Source: Solibaculum intestinale (GTDB lineage: Bacteria; Bacillota; Clostridia; Oscillospirales; Acutalibacteraceae). From it: a stretch of 64,000 bases of DNA. The notes below the pieces were generated by a model. The model was given only the letters and a program-made list of their open reading frames with translations. It was not told where the DNA came from and searched no databases. Below, one piece after another: positions 1-9,251 of the stretch. The first letter of the stretch is position 1. Each line of letters starts with the position of its first letter. The position numbers and the translations under genes were made by a program. The stretch spans positions 4,579 to 68,578 of the forward strand of contig NZ_JBBMFD010000014.1 of assembly GCF_040096205.1 (NCBI RefSeq), written 5' to 3'.

Positions 1-2051
1 AGACCCATTCGAAAAAAGACATCTATCTGGATGCGGTAGGGCAGTCGTTTCGCAAGCTGTCCCCCCGGATTCAGATTAAAAACCCGGTGATGCTGGTAGT
101 TTACATCGGCGCCATCTTCATCACCGCCCTGTATTTCCTCACCTTTGCCGGTATCAAGGACGGCGAAGGCTGGTATGTACTCACCATTGCATTTATCCTC
201 TGGTTTACCGTCCTGTTTGCAAACTTCGCGGAAGCCATCGCTGAAGGCCGCGGCCGGGCGCAGGCGGATACCCTGCGCCGGTCCCGCCGGGACTGCAAGG
301 CCAAAAAGCTCAAGGAGCCCCGGCCCGACGCGGACTATACCGAGGTGCTCTCCAATGAATTGAAACCCGGCGACGTGGTTCTGGTAAGCGCCGGCGAACA
401 GGTGCCTATGGACGGCGAGGTCATTGAAGGCGTCGCTTCGGTGGACGAAAGCGCCATCACCGGCGAGTCGGCCCCGGTCATCCGTGAGTCTGGCGGCGAC
501 CGCAGCGCGGTTACCGGCGGCACCACGGTAGTGTCCGACTGGCTGGTGGTCAAGGTTACCGCCCAGGCGGGCAACAGCTTCCTGGATAAAATGATCGCCA
601 TGGTGGAGGGGGCCTCCCGCAAAAAAACCCCTAACGAAATTGCCCTGCAGATTTTGCTGGTTACCCTGACCATCATCTTCCTAGCGGTGGCGGCCACCCT
701 GTTGCCCTTCTCCGAGTTTTCAAGCGAGCAGGCCGGGGCCGGCAGCGCCGTTTCCCTGACGAACATTGTTGCTCTCCTTGTCTGCTTAGCGCCCACCACC
801 ATCGGCGCTCTCCTTTCCTCCATCGGCATCGCCGGTATGAGCCGTTTAAACCAGGCGAATGTCCTGGCCATGAGCGGCCGGGCCATCGAAGCGGCGGGCG
901 ATGTGGACGTGCTGCTTTTGGATAAGACCGGCACTATCACCCTGGGAAACCGCCAGGCCAGCGAGTTTCTGCCCGTTTCCGGTGTTACCGAAAGGGATCT
1001 GGCCGATGCGGCCCAGCTTTCCTCCCTGGCGGACGAAACGGCGGAAGGCCGCAGCATCGTGGTTTTGGCCAAGGAACGCTTTGGCATCCGCGGCCGGGAC
1101 CTGTCGGATAAACACGCGAAATTCATTGAGTTCTCTGCCAAAACCCGCATGAGCGGCGTGGACTTGGATGGAGAAGAGATCCGCAAAGGCGCCGCCGACG
1201 CGGTAAAGGCCTACGTAGAGCAAAAGGGCGGAGAATACCCCCAGGAGTGCCAGACCATGGTCGAGCAGGTGGCAAATGCCGGCGGCACGCCCTTGGTTGT
1301 CGCCAGAAACGGCAAGGTGCTGGGCGTGGTGTACCTCAAGGACATCGTCAAAAACGGCGTCAAGGAAAAGTTTGAGGACCTGCGCAAGATCGGCATCAAG
1401 ACCATCATGATCACCGGTGACAATCCCATGACCGCCGCCGCCATCGCCGCGGAAGCGGGTGTGGACGACTTTATGGCGGAGGCCACTCCGGAAACCAAGC
1501 TCGAGCTCATCCGCCAGTACCAAAAGGAAGGCCATCTGGTCGCTATGACTGGCGACGGCACCAACGACGCCCCGGCCCTGGCACAGGCGGACGTGGCGGT
1601 CGCTATGAACTCCGGTACCCAGGCGGCCAAGGAAGCGGGCAACATGGTGGACCTGGATTCCAGCCCCACCAAACTGATTGAAGTGGTGCGCATCGGCAAA
1701 CAGCTTCTGATGACCCGCGGCGCCTTGACCACCTTCTCCATCGCCAACGACGTGGCCAAGTACTTCGCCATCATTCCGGTGCTCTTCGCGGGAATTTTCC
1801 CCCAGCTTGCGGCTCTCAACTTTATGCATCTGACCAGCGCCACCTCCGCCATTCTGTCAGCCATCATCTATAATGCCCTGATTATCGTGGCGCTCATTCC
1901 CTTGTCTCTCAAGGGCGTCAAATACCGGGAAGTTTCCGCCGGCAAGATGCTCAAACGCAATGTGCTCATCTACGGCCTGGGCGGAATCGTCGCTCCCTTT
2001 ATCGCCATCAAACTGATTGATATGATTCTGACCTTCTTCGGCATCGTATAA
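1..2051 (+). CDS. kdpB: Potassium-transporting P-type ATPase subunit KdpB, 5' end outside window
   Basis: The frame is open from nt 3 (translation ...[21 protein letters not shown]...) and matches KdpB throughout: [10 protein letters not shown] phosphorylation motif, [21 protein letters not shown] hinge. The track Met at 87 is internal. Confidence 0.95.
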   Translation, partial: THSKKDIYLDAVGQSFRKLSPRIQIKNPVMLVVYIGAIFITALYFLTFAGIKDGEGWYVLTIAFILWFTVLFANFAEAIAEGRGRAQADTLRRSRRDCKAKKLKEPRPDADYTEVLSNELKPGDVVLVSAGEQVPMDGEVIEGVASVDESAITGESAPVIRESGGDRSAVTGGTTVVSDWLVVKVTAQAGNSFLDKMIAMVEGASRKKTPNEIALQILLVTLTIIFLAVAATLLPFSEFSSEQAGAGSAVSLTNIVALLVCLAPTTIGALLSSIGIAGMSRLNQANVLAMSGRAIEAAGDVDVLLLDKTGTITLGNRQASEFLPVSGVTERDLADAAQLSSLADETAEGRSIVVLAKERFGIRGRDLSDKHAKFIEFSAKTRMSGVDLDGEEIRKGAADAVKAYVEQKGGEYPQECQTMVEQVANAGGTPLVVARNGKVLGVVYLKDIVKNGVKEKFEDLRKIGIKTIMITGDNPMTAAAIAAEAGVDDFMAEATPETKLELIRQYQKEGHLVAMTGDGTNDAPALAQADVAVAMNSGTQAAKEAGNMVDLDSSPTKLIEVVRIGKQLLMTRGALTTFSIANDVAKYFAIIPVLFAGIFPQLAALNFMHLTSATSAILSAIIYNALIIVALIPLSLKGVKYREVSAGKMLKRNVLIYGLGGIVAPFIAIKLIDMILTFFGIV

Positions 2052-2066
2052 AGGAGGAAAACAAGC

Positions 2067-2723
2067 ATGGAGAAAACACAAGTGCCCGCCAAGAAGGAAA
2101 AAATGCGGGTTTTAAAACCGGCGCTCATCTGCGTGCTGGTGCTTACCCTGCTGTGCGGCGTGATTTACCCGCTCCTGGTGACCGGCATTTCCCAGCTGTT
2201 CTTCCACGACCAGGCAAACGGCAGCATCATCACCGTGACTCTGAAAAAGGATTTGACTGTCACCACCACCGACGAAGAAACCGGAGAGGAATCCACCCAG
2301 GTCTATCCGGCCGGGGAAACGGTGGCCATCGGTTCGGCCTACATGGGGCAGGAATTCACGAGCCCTCAGTACCTGATCGGCCGGCCTACTCCCGGCGCGC
2401 CCACCAACCTTTCCCCGGAAAGCGAGGAGCATGCCCAGATGGTGCAGGAGCGCATCGACTTCTTTCATGAGCTCGATCCTTCCAACACCGCCGACATCCC
2501 CATGGACCTGCTGACCGTTTCCGGCAGCGGCGTGGACCCGCAGATTTCTCCCGAAGCGGCCGAATATCAAGTCAGCCGTCTGGCGAGGGAGCGGGGCATG
2601 AGCGAGGAGGATGTGCGCAAGATTATTGAAAAGCATACCTCCGGCCGTTTCCTGTGGATTTTCGGAGAACCGGCGGTCAACGTATTGCTGGTAAATCTGG
2701 AGCTGGACGGATACATTGCGTAA
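2067..2723 (+). CDS. kdpC: Potassium-transporting ATPase subunit KdpC
   Basis: 218-aa single-TM protein immediately after kdpB. RBS AAGGAGG precedes the ATG. Has the KdpC-like N-terminal TM and conserved C-terminal region. Confidence 0.85.
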   Translation: MEKTQVPAKKEKMRVLKPALICVLVLTLLCGVIYPLLVTGISQLFFHDQANGSIITVTLKKDLTVTTTDEETGEESTQVYPAGETVAIGSAYMGQEFTSPQYLIGRPTPGAPTNLSPESEEHAQMVQERIDFFHELDPSNTADIPMDLLTVSGSGVDPQISPEAAEYQVSRLARERGMSEEDVRKIIEKHTSGRFLWIFGEPAVNVLLVNLELDGYIA

Positions 2724-2849
2724 CCGTTCTACAGTACCCGCCGCCTTTGTACTTTTTAGAAAGCGCAAGGGCGGCTCGTCTATAATCGCAACCGGCCGTG
2801 TTCTTTGCTCGGGCGTTTCGTCCGAAAGAGCGCGCGGCCGTTGGGCAGA

Positions 2850-2890
2850 GCGCTTTGAAAAACGAATTCAAAGCGCGCTTTGCCATTTTT
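2850..2890 (+). terminator. Perfect 10-bp inverted repeat (GCGCTTTGAA-N7-TTCAAAGCGC) followed by a T-run, between kdpC and kdpD
   Basis: Read directly from the sequence. Could be an intrinsic terminator or attenuator separating kdpABC from kdpD, or a protein operator. Confidence 0.4.
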
Positions 2891-2902
2891 ATAAGAGAGG
2901 GG

Positions 2903-5563
2903 ATGACCGTTGTGTCCGAAGACGAACTGCGCCCGGATCCCGATGCGCTGCTCGAACAGGTCAGTACAGAAGAACCAAAACAGAACAAAGGCAAGCTGAA
3001 AATCTTTTTTGGCTACTGCGCCGGTGTTGGCAAGACCTACGCCATGCTCCAGGAAGCCCACGATTTGCTCGACAGCGGAGTGGACGTGGTGGTAGGCTAC
3101 ATCGAGCCCCATACCCGGGCGGAAACCATGCGCCTGGTGGAAGGGCTGCCGATTCTCCCAGTCAAGGAAATCCCCTATAAAAATATTATTCTGCGGGAGT
3201 TCGACCTGGACGCAGCCTTAAAAAGGCATCCCCAGGTGATTCTGGTAGACGAACTGGCCCATTCCAACGCCGTCGGCGTACGCAACAAAAAGCGTTATCA
3301 GGACGTGGAGGAGCTTCTCAACGCGGGCATCGACGTATACACCACTGTCAACGTCCAGCACATTGAAAGCCTCAACGACGTCATTCAGGAGATCACCAAT
3401 GTCTCGGTGCGGGAAACGGTGCCCGATTCCATCTTCGACGATGCCCAGAAGGTGGAACTCATCGACATCGAGCCGGAAGAGCTCTTAAAGCGGTTTCAAA
3501 GCGGGAAGATCTACCGGCCAGACCGGGCCGCCACCGCCATGCACCACTTCTTTACTCGCCAAAACCTGGACACCCTGCGGGAAATCTCCATGCGCCGCAC
3601 CGCCGACCGCATCTACCGGGACAGCGCGGCCAAAAACGGTCCCGCTGCCCGCACGGGAAGCACGAAGCTTTTGGTCCTCATCGGCATGTCCCCCTCCTCG
3701 GCGAAAAACATCCGAGTAGCCGCCCGGATGGCGGAGTCCTTCCATGCGCCCTGGACGGCGGTGTTCGTGGAAACCCCCGAGACCGAAAACGCATCTCTGG
3801 AGGAAAAGAAAATCCTGCGCGATCATATGACCCTGGCCGAACAGCTTGGTGCCCAGGTGGTCACCCTCTACGGGGAGGACGTGGTGCTCGTGGCCGCCCG
3901 GTACGCTCAGCTAAACGGCATTACCAACATCGTTATTGGCAAAAGCCGGCGAAAACGGGGAATTCTTCACTGCTTCGAGGAGGATTTCGAGGACCGGCTC
4001 ATCGGGGAACTGAGCGACGTAGAGGTGCACATCATCCCCGACGCCGGCCGCCGGGAAATTCCCTATAAAAAGCCGGGGCATGTGGACGTTAAAAACAGCT
4101 TTCCTTTTTCTGTGGCGGACCTGCTCAAAACCCTTCTGGTTCTGGCGGGAGCCACTGTCGTTTCCATCCTTCTGCGGGGGGCGGATATCGGCGCGCAGAA
4201 CAGCGCCATCGTCTACATTCTTTCCGTGGTGCTTATTTCGCGCTTTACCACCGGGTATCTTTACGGCATCCTCGCATCGGTCATTGGTCTAATCGGTTTC
4301 AACATCATCGACACCTATCCGTATTTTACCTTCGATTTTATGAAGACCGGGTATCCCATCACCTTTGTCATCATGCTCTGCCTGGCGGTAATCACCAGCG
4401 CCCTGACCGTGCGCATCAAAAAACAAGTGCAAAATTCCGCCGCCCGGGAGCAGCGCACCCAGATTTTATACGAAATCAATAAAAAGCTTCTTTCCACCCG
4501 AGGTCTGCGCAACATCGTCAATCTGGTCAACGGCTATATCGTCAAGCTGTTCGGCCGTTCGGCGGTCTTTTATACCATGGACAAGGACGGCCAGCCCGGC
4601 GGCGTACTGCTGGAGGCGGAGGATGAACGCAGTGCCGAAACCCTTCTGAGCGAAGAGGAAAAGGCGGTGGTCCAATGGGTGTTTCTCAACCGCAAGCGGG
4701 CGGGCTGCGGCACCGATACCCTGCAGGGGGCTTACGGGTTTTATACGCCGGTTATGTCCCAGGGCAGCGTGCTGGGTGTGCTGGGCGTTTCCTGTGAAAA
4801 GGGGGCATTGAGTCCGGACAGCCGGGCCTTTCTGCGGATGATCATTTCCCAGGTGGCTATGGCCCTGGAGCGCCAGCGCCTGTCCGACGAGCAGCGGCAG
4901 GTAAGCGTGGATTCCGAGAAGGAGAAAATGCGCAACAATCTTCTGCGCGCCATCTCCCATGATCTGCGCCAGCCCTTGACTGAGATTCACAAGGCTAGCG
5001 AAACCCTGGTCAGAGAGGATCGAACGGACGCAAAACTGGCGGGCTACATCGAGAAGGAATCGGCATGGTTAATGCGCATGGTGGAAAACTTGCTTTCGGT
5101 CACCCGGCTGCGGGAGGGAAGCCTACCTCTCAAAAAGGTTCCCGAACGTGTCAAGGCGGTGGCGGAGGAAGCGGCCGCCCGGATGAAAAACCGATATCCG
5201 GACCGTATTTTTTCCGTTTATGCAGCGGATCCCTCTCTCCTTGTTTTCATGGACGCCACGCTGATTGAGCAGGTGCTGATGAACCTGATGGAAAACGCCG
5301 TGCAGCATTCCCCGGCGGATACCGCCGTCGATATCCGCATCCAAAAGCGCATCCGCACCGTGCTCATTGAGGTGTGCGACCATGGCAGCGGAATCGCCAA
5401 GGAGAAGGTGGCCCATCTGTTTGACGCCGACGCCACCGCCGCTTTAAACGGCGGCATCGGCCTTTCTCTGTGCAAATCCATCGTCAACGCCCACGGCGGT
5501 GAGATGCGCGCCAAAAACAACAAGGATGGGGGCGCAGTCATCGGTTTTACCCTGCCGCTTTGA
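2903..5563 (+). CDS. kdpD: Osmosensitive K+ channel sensor histidine kinase KdpD
   Basis: KdpD N-terminal P-loop domain (GYCAGVGKTYAML), USP-like region, 4 TM helices, GAF, HisKA (AISHDLRQPL) and HATPase. Start chosen at ATG 2903 or GTG 2912 after GAGAGGGG; the track start at 2798 has no RBS. Confidence 0.9.
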   Translation: MTVVSEDELRPDPDALLEQVSTEEPKQNKGKLKIFFGYCAGVGKTYAMLQEAHDLLDSGVDVVVGYIEPHTRAETMRLVEGLPILPVKEIPYKNIILREFDLDAALKRHPQVILVDELAHSNAVGVRNKKRYQDVEELLNAGIDVYTTVNVQHIESLNDVIQEITNVSVRETVPDSIFDDAQKVELIDIEPEELLKRFQSGKIYRPDRAATAMHHFFTRQNLDTLREISMRRTADRIYRDSAAKNGPAARTGSTKLLVLIGMSPSSAKNIRVAARMAESFHAPWTAVFVETPETENASLEEKKILRDHMTLAEQLGAQVVTLYGEDVVLVAARYAQLNGITNIVIGKSRRKRGILHCFEEDFEDRLIGELSDVEVHIIPDAGRREIPYKKPGHVDVKNSFPFSVADLLKTLLVLAGATVVSILLRGADIGAQNSAIVYILSVVLISRFTTGYLYGILASVIGLIGFNIIDTYPYFTFDFMKTGYPITFVIMLCLAVITSALTVRIKKQVQNSAAREQRTQILYEINKKLLSTRGLRNIVNLVNGYIVKLFGRSAVFYTMDKDGQPGGVLLEAEDERSAETLLSEEEKAVVQWVFLNRKRAGCGTDTLQGAYGFYTPVMSQGSVLGVLGVSCEKGALSPDSRAFLRMIISQVAMALERQRLSDEQRQVSVDSEKEKMRNNLLRAISHDLRQPLTEIHKASETLVREDRTDAKLAGYIEKESAWLMRMVENLLSVTRLREGSLPLKKVPERVKAVAEEAAARMKNRYPDRIFSVYAADPSLLVFMDATLIEQVLMNLMENAVQHSPADTAVDIRIQKRIRTVLIEVCDHGSGIAKEKVAHLFDADATAALNGGIGLSLCKSIVNAHGGEMRAKNNKDGGAVIGFTLPL

Positions 5564-5621
5564 GAAAATCCTTGCAAATTTGCGTTTTTTTCTGAAGATT
5601 TGCGGCAAAGCTTAACTGTGC

Positions 5622-5651
5622 TTGACAGAGGGACAGGAAAAAGGCTATACT
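5622..5651 (+). promoter_or_regulatory. Sigma-A-type promoter (TTGACA-18-TATACT) upstream of the cobalamin riboswitch
   Basis: Hexamers read in sequence. Positioned about 30 nt before the riboswitch aptamer. Confidence 0.5.
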
Positions 5652-5679
5652 AAAGCCAAACCTAATATCGTACGTCTGC

Positions 5680-5948
5680 CGGTTGCAGCTTGCTGCAAGA
5701 ATAGGGAATGCGGTGCAAAGCCGCAGCAGCCCCCGCTACTGTAAGAAGGGACGAAGCGCTTTTTCAAATGCCACTGGGAAACTGGGAAGGCAAAGGCGCA
5801 AAAGGACGATCTTCGAGCCAGGAGACCTGCCGCAGACGAGTCGCACAGATTTTCGGTGGGAAAATACATGGCGTTTGAGAGCGGCTGCCTTTGAAAGGCA
5901 GCGTCTTGCGTTGCGTAAAAGGACCGGATTTCGGTCCTTTTTTCTTTT
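5680..5948 (+). ncRNA. Cobalamin (B12) riboswitch with terminator-type expression platform
   Basis: Conserved core AATAGGGAATGCGGTGCAAAGCCGCAGCAGCCCCCGCTACTGTAAGAAGGGA, the GCCACTG motif, and a perfect B12 box AGCCAGGAGACCTGCC (5816-5831). Followed by a stem-loop AAAGGACCGGATTTCGGTCCTTTTTTCTTTT (5917-5948). Confidence 0.85.
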
Positions 5949-6004
5949 GCCGGAAAGAAGGCGGCGCGGTAGGATGGAAAATTAGAAGCGGAGGGATTCG
6001 TAAA

Positions 6005-7489
6005 ATGAAACATCTGAGTAAAACCATGCTGGGCGTTCTGCTGGCGCTGACGCTGCTTTTGTCGGCGGCGCTGCCCGCGGCGGCCCAGGAACCGGTGAAA
6101 GCCGCGGCTGTAAGCGACCAGGAACTCCACGACGCCCTTTTCGGCGCGCTCGAGTGGGCGAAGCTGGGGGAAGATACTTTATTAAATGACGCTTTTCTGG
6201 AGACGGCGGGCATCGGCGGGGAATGGCTGGTGCTGGCTGCCAGCCGGGCCGGGCTGAAAGAGGACTATTCCCGGTACCTGACTGCCCTGACCGCCTATGT
6301 GCAGCAAAAATACAAGGAAAACGGCAGTGCTAACGCCTTTCGCAATACCACCGACTGGCACCGCATTACCTTTGGCGTCCTTGCCTGCGGAGGGGACCCC
6401 ACCCATGTTGGGGAGGACCAAAACGGCAACCCCATCAACCTGATTGCCGACGGCGTCTATAACCGCAAAGATGAGAACGGACAGGGGGTCCTTCCCAACC
6501 AAGGCGTCAACGCTTTGATTTATGGCCTGCTGGCGCTGGATACTATGCGTTATGAGGTGCCCTTAGACGCGCTTTACGACCGGGACGACATCATTCAGGG
6601 CATCCTGGAGAACCAGACCACCACCGGCGGATTCGCGTGGTTTGGAGATAGCTCCGACCCGGACATGACCGGCATGGCCATCCAGGCCCTGGCCCCGTAC
6701 TATACCTCCGACAAGGTGTATTCCTACACCTCCGCCGTCCAGAAGGATCCGGACGGCGCTCCCGCCGCCTGCCAAAAGACGGTGCGCCAGGTGGTGGACG
6801 AAGCCATCGAAAGCCTCGTGCCCCAGCAGCTGGCCACCGGCGATCTGTATTCCCCCTGGTCCGTAGGCCCGGAAGCCACCGTTCAGCTGGTCATCGGTCT
6901 GTGCGCGCTGGGAATTGACCCCGCCCAGGACAGCCGCTTTGTCACCGAAGACGGCAAGACCCTTATCGACGGCATTCTGCGTCACCGCAACGAAGATGGC
7001 AGCTTCGGCAGCGGCGCCATGTCCACCGAGCAGGTGGCCTACACCCTTGCCGCCTATACCCGCCTGCGTGCAAACCAGCGCGACCTCTTTGATTTCCGGG
7101 CGGAGACCGACGCCACCCGGTTTGTCCTGGAGGCGAACGGCGAGACCATCGAAGTCCCGGTGACTGCCGGGCAGACGGAATATGCCGTCACCCTGCCGGC
7201 GGGGACTGCCTCGGTCAAAGTGGCGAACCTTCCAATGGGCCCCTATGATACGGCGGACGTTGCCGTGGGCCAGGAGCTGGCCGTTGCAGACGGCGGCAAG
7301 CTGACCGTAACGGTCACCGGCCGCGCCGGCGCCGTCACCGAATATCTTCTCACCGTCAGCCTGATCACGGCGAACAGCGACGCGGAGCCCTCTCCGCCCA
7401 CCGGCGTGCCGGCAGCTGCTTCGGCGGTGGTGCTGCTGGGCCTAAGCGCGGCGGCCGTGATCGCCCTGCGCAGAAAAGCAAACGCATAA
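6005..7489 (+). CDS. Secreted, putatively sortase-anchored surface protein with an alpha/alpha-toroid (prenyltransferase / transcobalamin alpha-domain-like) fold; candidate B12-binding protein
   Basis: First gene after the B12 riboswitch. Signal peptide (…LPAAAQE). Repeated Gly/aromatic motifs (GGFAWFGDSSDPDMTGMAIQALAP, DGSFGSGAMSTEQVAYTLAAY). C-terminal SPPTG + hydrophobic stretch + RRKANA sorting signal. RBS GGAGGG precedes the ATG. Confidence 0.6.
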   Translation: MKHLSKTMLGVLLALTLLLSAALPAAAQEPVKAAAVSDQELHDALFGALEWAKLGEDTLLNDAFLETAGIGGEWLVLAASRAGLKEDYSRYLTALTAYVQQKYKENGSANAFRNTTDWHRITFGVLACGGDPTHVGEDQNGNPINLIADGVYNRKDENGQGVLPNQGVNALIYGLLALDTMRYEVPLDALYDRDDIIQGILENQTTTGGFAWFGDSSDPDMTGMAIQALAPYYTSDKVYSYTSAVQKDPDGAPAACQKTVRQVVDEAIESLVPQQLATGDLYSPWSVGPEATVQLVIGLCALGIDPAQDSRFVTEDGKTLIDGILRHRNEDGSFGSGAMSTEQVAYTLAAYTRLRANQRDLFDFRAETDATRFVLEANGETIEVPVTAGQTEYAVTLPAGTASVKVANLPMGPYDTADVAVGQELAVADGGKLTVTVTGRAGAVTEYLLTVSLITANSDAEPSPPTGVPAAASAVVLLGLSAAAVIALRRKANA

Positions 7490-7513
7490 AGAGTCTCGAA
7501 CAACCGATTAAAA

Positions 7514-7554
7514 AACCGGGTGTTTCCGTTTGAATCAAGCGGAAATACCCGGTT
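7514..7554 (+). other. Long intercistronic hairpin (15-bp stem, 14/15 paired) without a U-tract
   Basis: AACCGGGTGTTTCCG...CGGAAATACCCGGTT between the first and second genes of the B12 operon. Possible processing or stability element, or partial terminator. Confidence 0.5.
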
Positions 7555-7578
7555 GCTGAATGCACAGGGAGGATTCGT

Positions 7579-8364
7579 ATGAAGAACCAAACCAAACGCT
7601 GGGCGTGGCTGCTGCTCTTGCTGGCGGCGGCGGTGCTGTTCTCCGGCTGCAAGGTGGAGTTTCCTCAGGACCGGCCGGCAGAGAGCAGTTCTCTTTCCAC
7701 CCAGTCCCTGCCTCAAAGCGCAATCAGCACTTTACCCGAGGAATCCTCTTTGCCGCAAGCGCCTTCCCAGCCGGACGGCGACTCCACGTCCTCCCAGCCG
7801 GCAGACGGGGGCGAAAGCGACCCGGCTTCGTCAAAGCCGTCCTCCCCGCAAAGCAAGGCCCCCCAGCAGCCCGCGGACGGTTCGTCCGCCCAAAGCCAAG
7901 GCAGTTCCTCTCAGGGCGGGGGAGAGGCGTCCGTCCCCTCGCCCGGTGTGCCTCAAACCCTCACCTGTACCCTTTCCATCCGGTGCGACAACATTCTCAA
8001 GCATATGGATCTGCTCGACCCTGCCCGCAGAGAATTCGTCCCTGCCTCCGGCGTTATTTACGCCGCCCGCCAGGTGACCTTCCAGGAAGGCGAGAGCGTC
8101 TACGACGTGCTCAAAAGGGAGGCGGACGCGGCGGGCATCCCACTTACCAAAAGCGGCAACGCCCTGTTTAAGACCATCTACATCACCTCCATCCAGAACC
8201 TGCGGGAAAAAGACTGCGGCGAAACCGGCGGCTGGATGTACCGGGTCAACGGCCAAACGCCGGGAATGAGCTGCGCGGCCTACCAGCTTAAGGACGGCGA
8301 CCGGGTGGAATGGGACTATACCGTGGTCAAGGGGGACGTGGGGGTCGTGGAGGGAAGCGAATGA
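7579..8364 (+). CDS. DUF4430-domain lipoprotein (transcobalamin beta-domain-like, putative cobalamin-binding)
   Basis: Lipobox LFSGC. About 100-aa S/P/Q-rich linker. C-terminal domain with the DUF4430 hallmarks (…SVYDVLKREADAAGIPL…GETGGWMYRVNGQTPGMSCAAYQLKDGDRVEWDY). RBS GGGAGGA. Confidence 0.8.
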   Translation: MKNQTKRWAWLLLLLAAAVLFSGCKVEFPQDRPAESSSLSTQSLPQSAISTLPEESSLPQAPSQPDGDSTSSQPADGGESDPASSKPSSPQSKAPQQPADGSSAQSQGSSSQGGGEASVPSPGVPQTLTCTLSIRCDNILKHMDLLDPARREFVPASGVIYAARQVTFQEGESVYDVLKREADAAGIPLTKSGNALFKTIYITSIQNLREKDCGETGGWMYRVNGQTPGMSCAAYQLKDGDRVEWDYTVVKGDVGVVEGSE

Positions 8365-9251
8365 CGAACAGCGGCTTTTCCTCCTACCATCCGGCGGTGA
8401 ATTTTTTGTTTTTCGCCGCGGTGCTCCTATTCTCCATGTTCTTTCTCCACCCAGTTTTTCTGGGCATTTCCTTTGTCTGCTCCCTCGCCTATGCCGTGCG
8501 GTTAAACGGCGTGCGAGCGATAAAATTCAGCCTTTTGGGGTTACTGCCCATGATGCTCCTGGTGGCTCTCATCAACCCCGCCTTCAATCACGACGGGGTG
8601 ACCGTTCTCGTGTATGTAAACGACAATCCCATCACCCTGGAAGCGGTCTGCTACGGCCTGGCGGCGGCGGTGATGTTCGCTTCGGTGCTTTTGTGGTTCT
8701 CCTGCTACAACGCCGTGATGACTTCCGATAAGTTCCTTTCCCTGTTCGGCCGGGTGATCCCGGCCTTGTCCATGCTGCTGTCCATGTGCCTGCGGTTTGT
8801 GCCCCGCTTCAAGGCCCAGGCGAGGGTCATCGCTCAGGCCCAGCGCTGTGTGGGACGGGACCCGGGGGCAGGGAGCCTTCTGCGCCGGGCGAAAAACGGC
8901 ATGCAGATTCTCTCCATTCTTACCACCTGGGCGCTGGAAAACGCCGTCGACACGGCCGATTCCATGAAGGCCCGGGGTTATGGGCTCAAAGGGCGGACCA
9001 GCTTCTCCCTTTACCGGTTTGACCGGAGGGACACGGCGGTTTTTCTCGGCCTGCTTAGTTTGCTTGTGCTGGTGTTCGCCGGGGCGGCCTTGGGGGAAAA
9101 CAGCATGCAGTATTTCCCCCGCCTCGTTCAAAAAGAGGTGACTGGCCTGAGCGCGGTTATTTATGCGGGATACGCCCTTTTGTGCCTGACCCCGCTGATT
9201 CTGGATGGAAAGGAGGCGCTAAAATGGCGGCGGTTGCTCTCGAAAACCTGA
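8361..9251 (+). CDS. ecfT: ECF transporter transmembrane (T) component EcfT/CbiQ
   Basis: Polytopic membrane protein of the CbiQ family. Start ATG 8361 after GGAGGGAAG, overlapping the upstream stop by 4 nt (ATGA). Confidence 0.85.
   Translation: MTNSGFSSYHPAVNFLFFAAVLLFSMFFLHPVFLGISFVCSLAYAVRLNGVRAIKFSLLGLLPMMLLVALINPAFNHDGVTVLVYVNDNPITLEAVCYGLAAAVMFASVLLWFSCYNAVMTSDKFLSLFGRVIPALSMLLSMCLRFVPRFKAQARVIAQAQRCVGRDPGAGSLLRRAKNGMQILSILTTWALENAVDTADSMKARGYGLKGRTSFSLYRFDRRDTAVFLGLLSLLVLVFAGAALGENSMQYFPRLVQKEVTGLSAVIYAGYALLCLTPLILDGKEALKWRRLLSKT

Noticed and set aside
846-1867. Long minus-strand ORFs (327 aa and 218 aa) inside kdpB
   Set aside because: Antisense to a confidently identified P-type ATPase gene, with Arg/Ala/Gly-rich low-complexity translations typical of high-GC antisense frames and no RBS.
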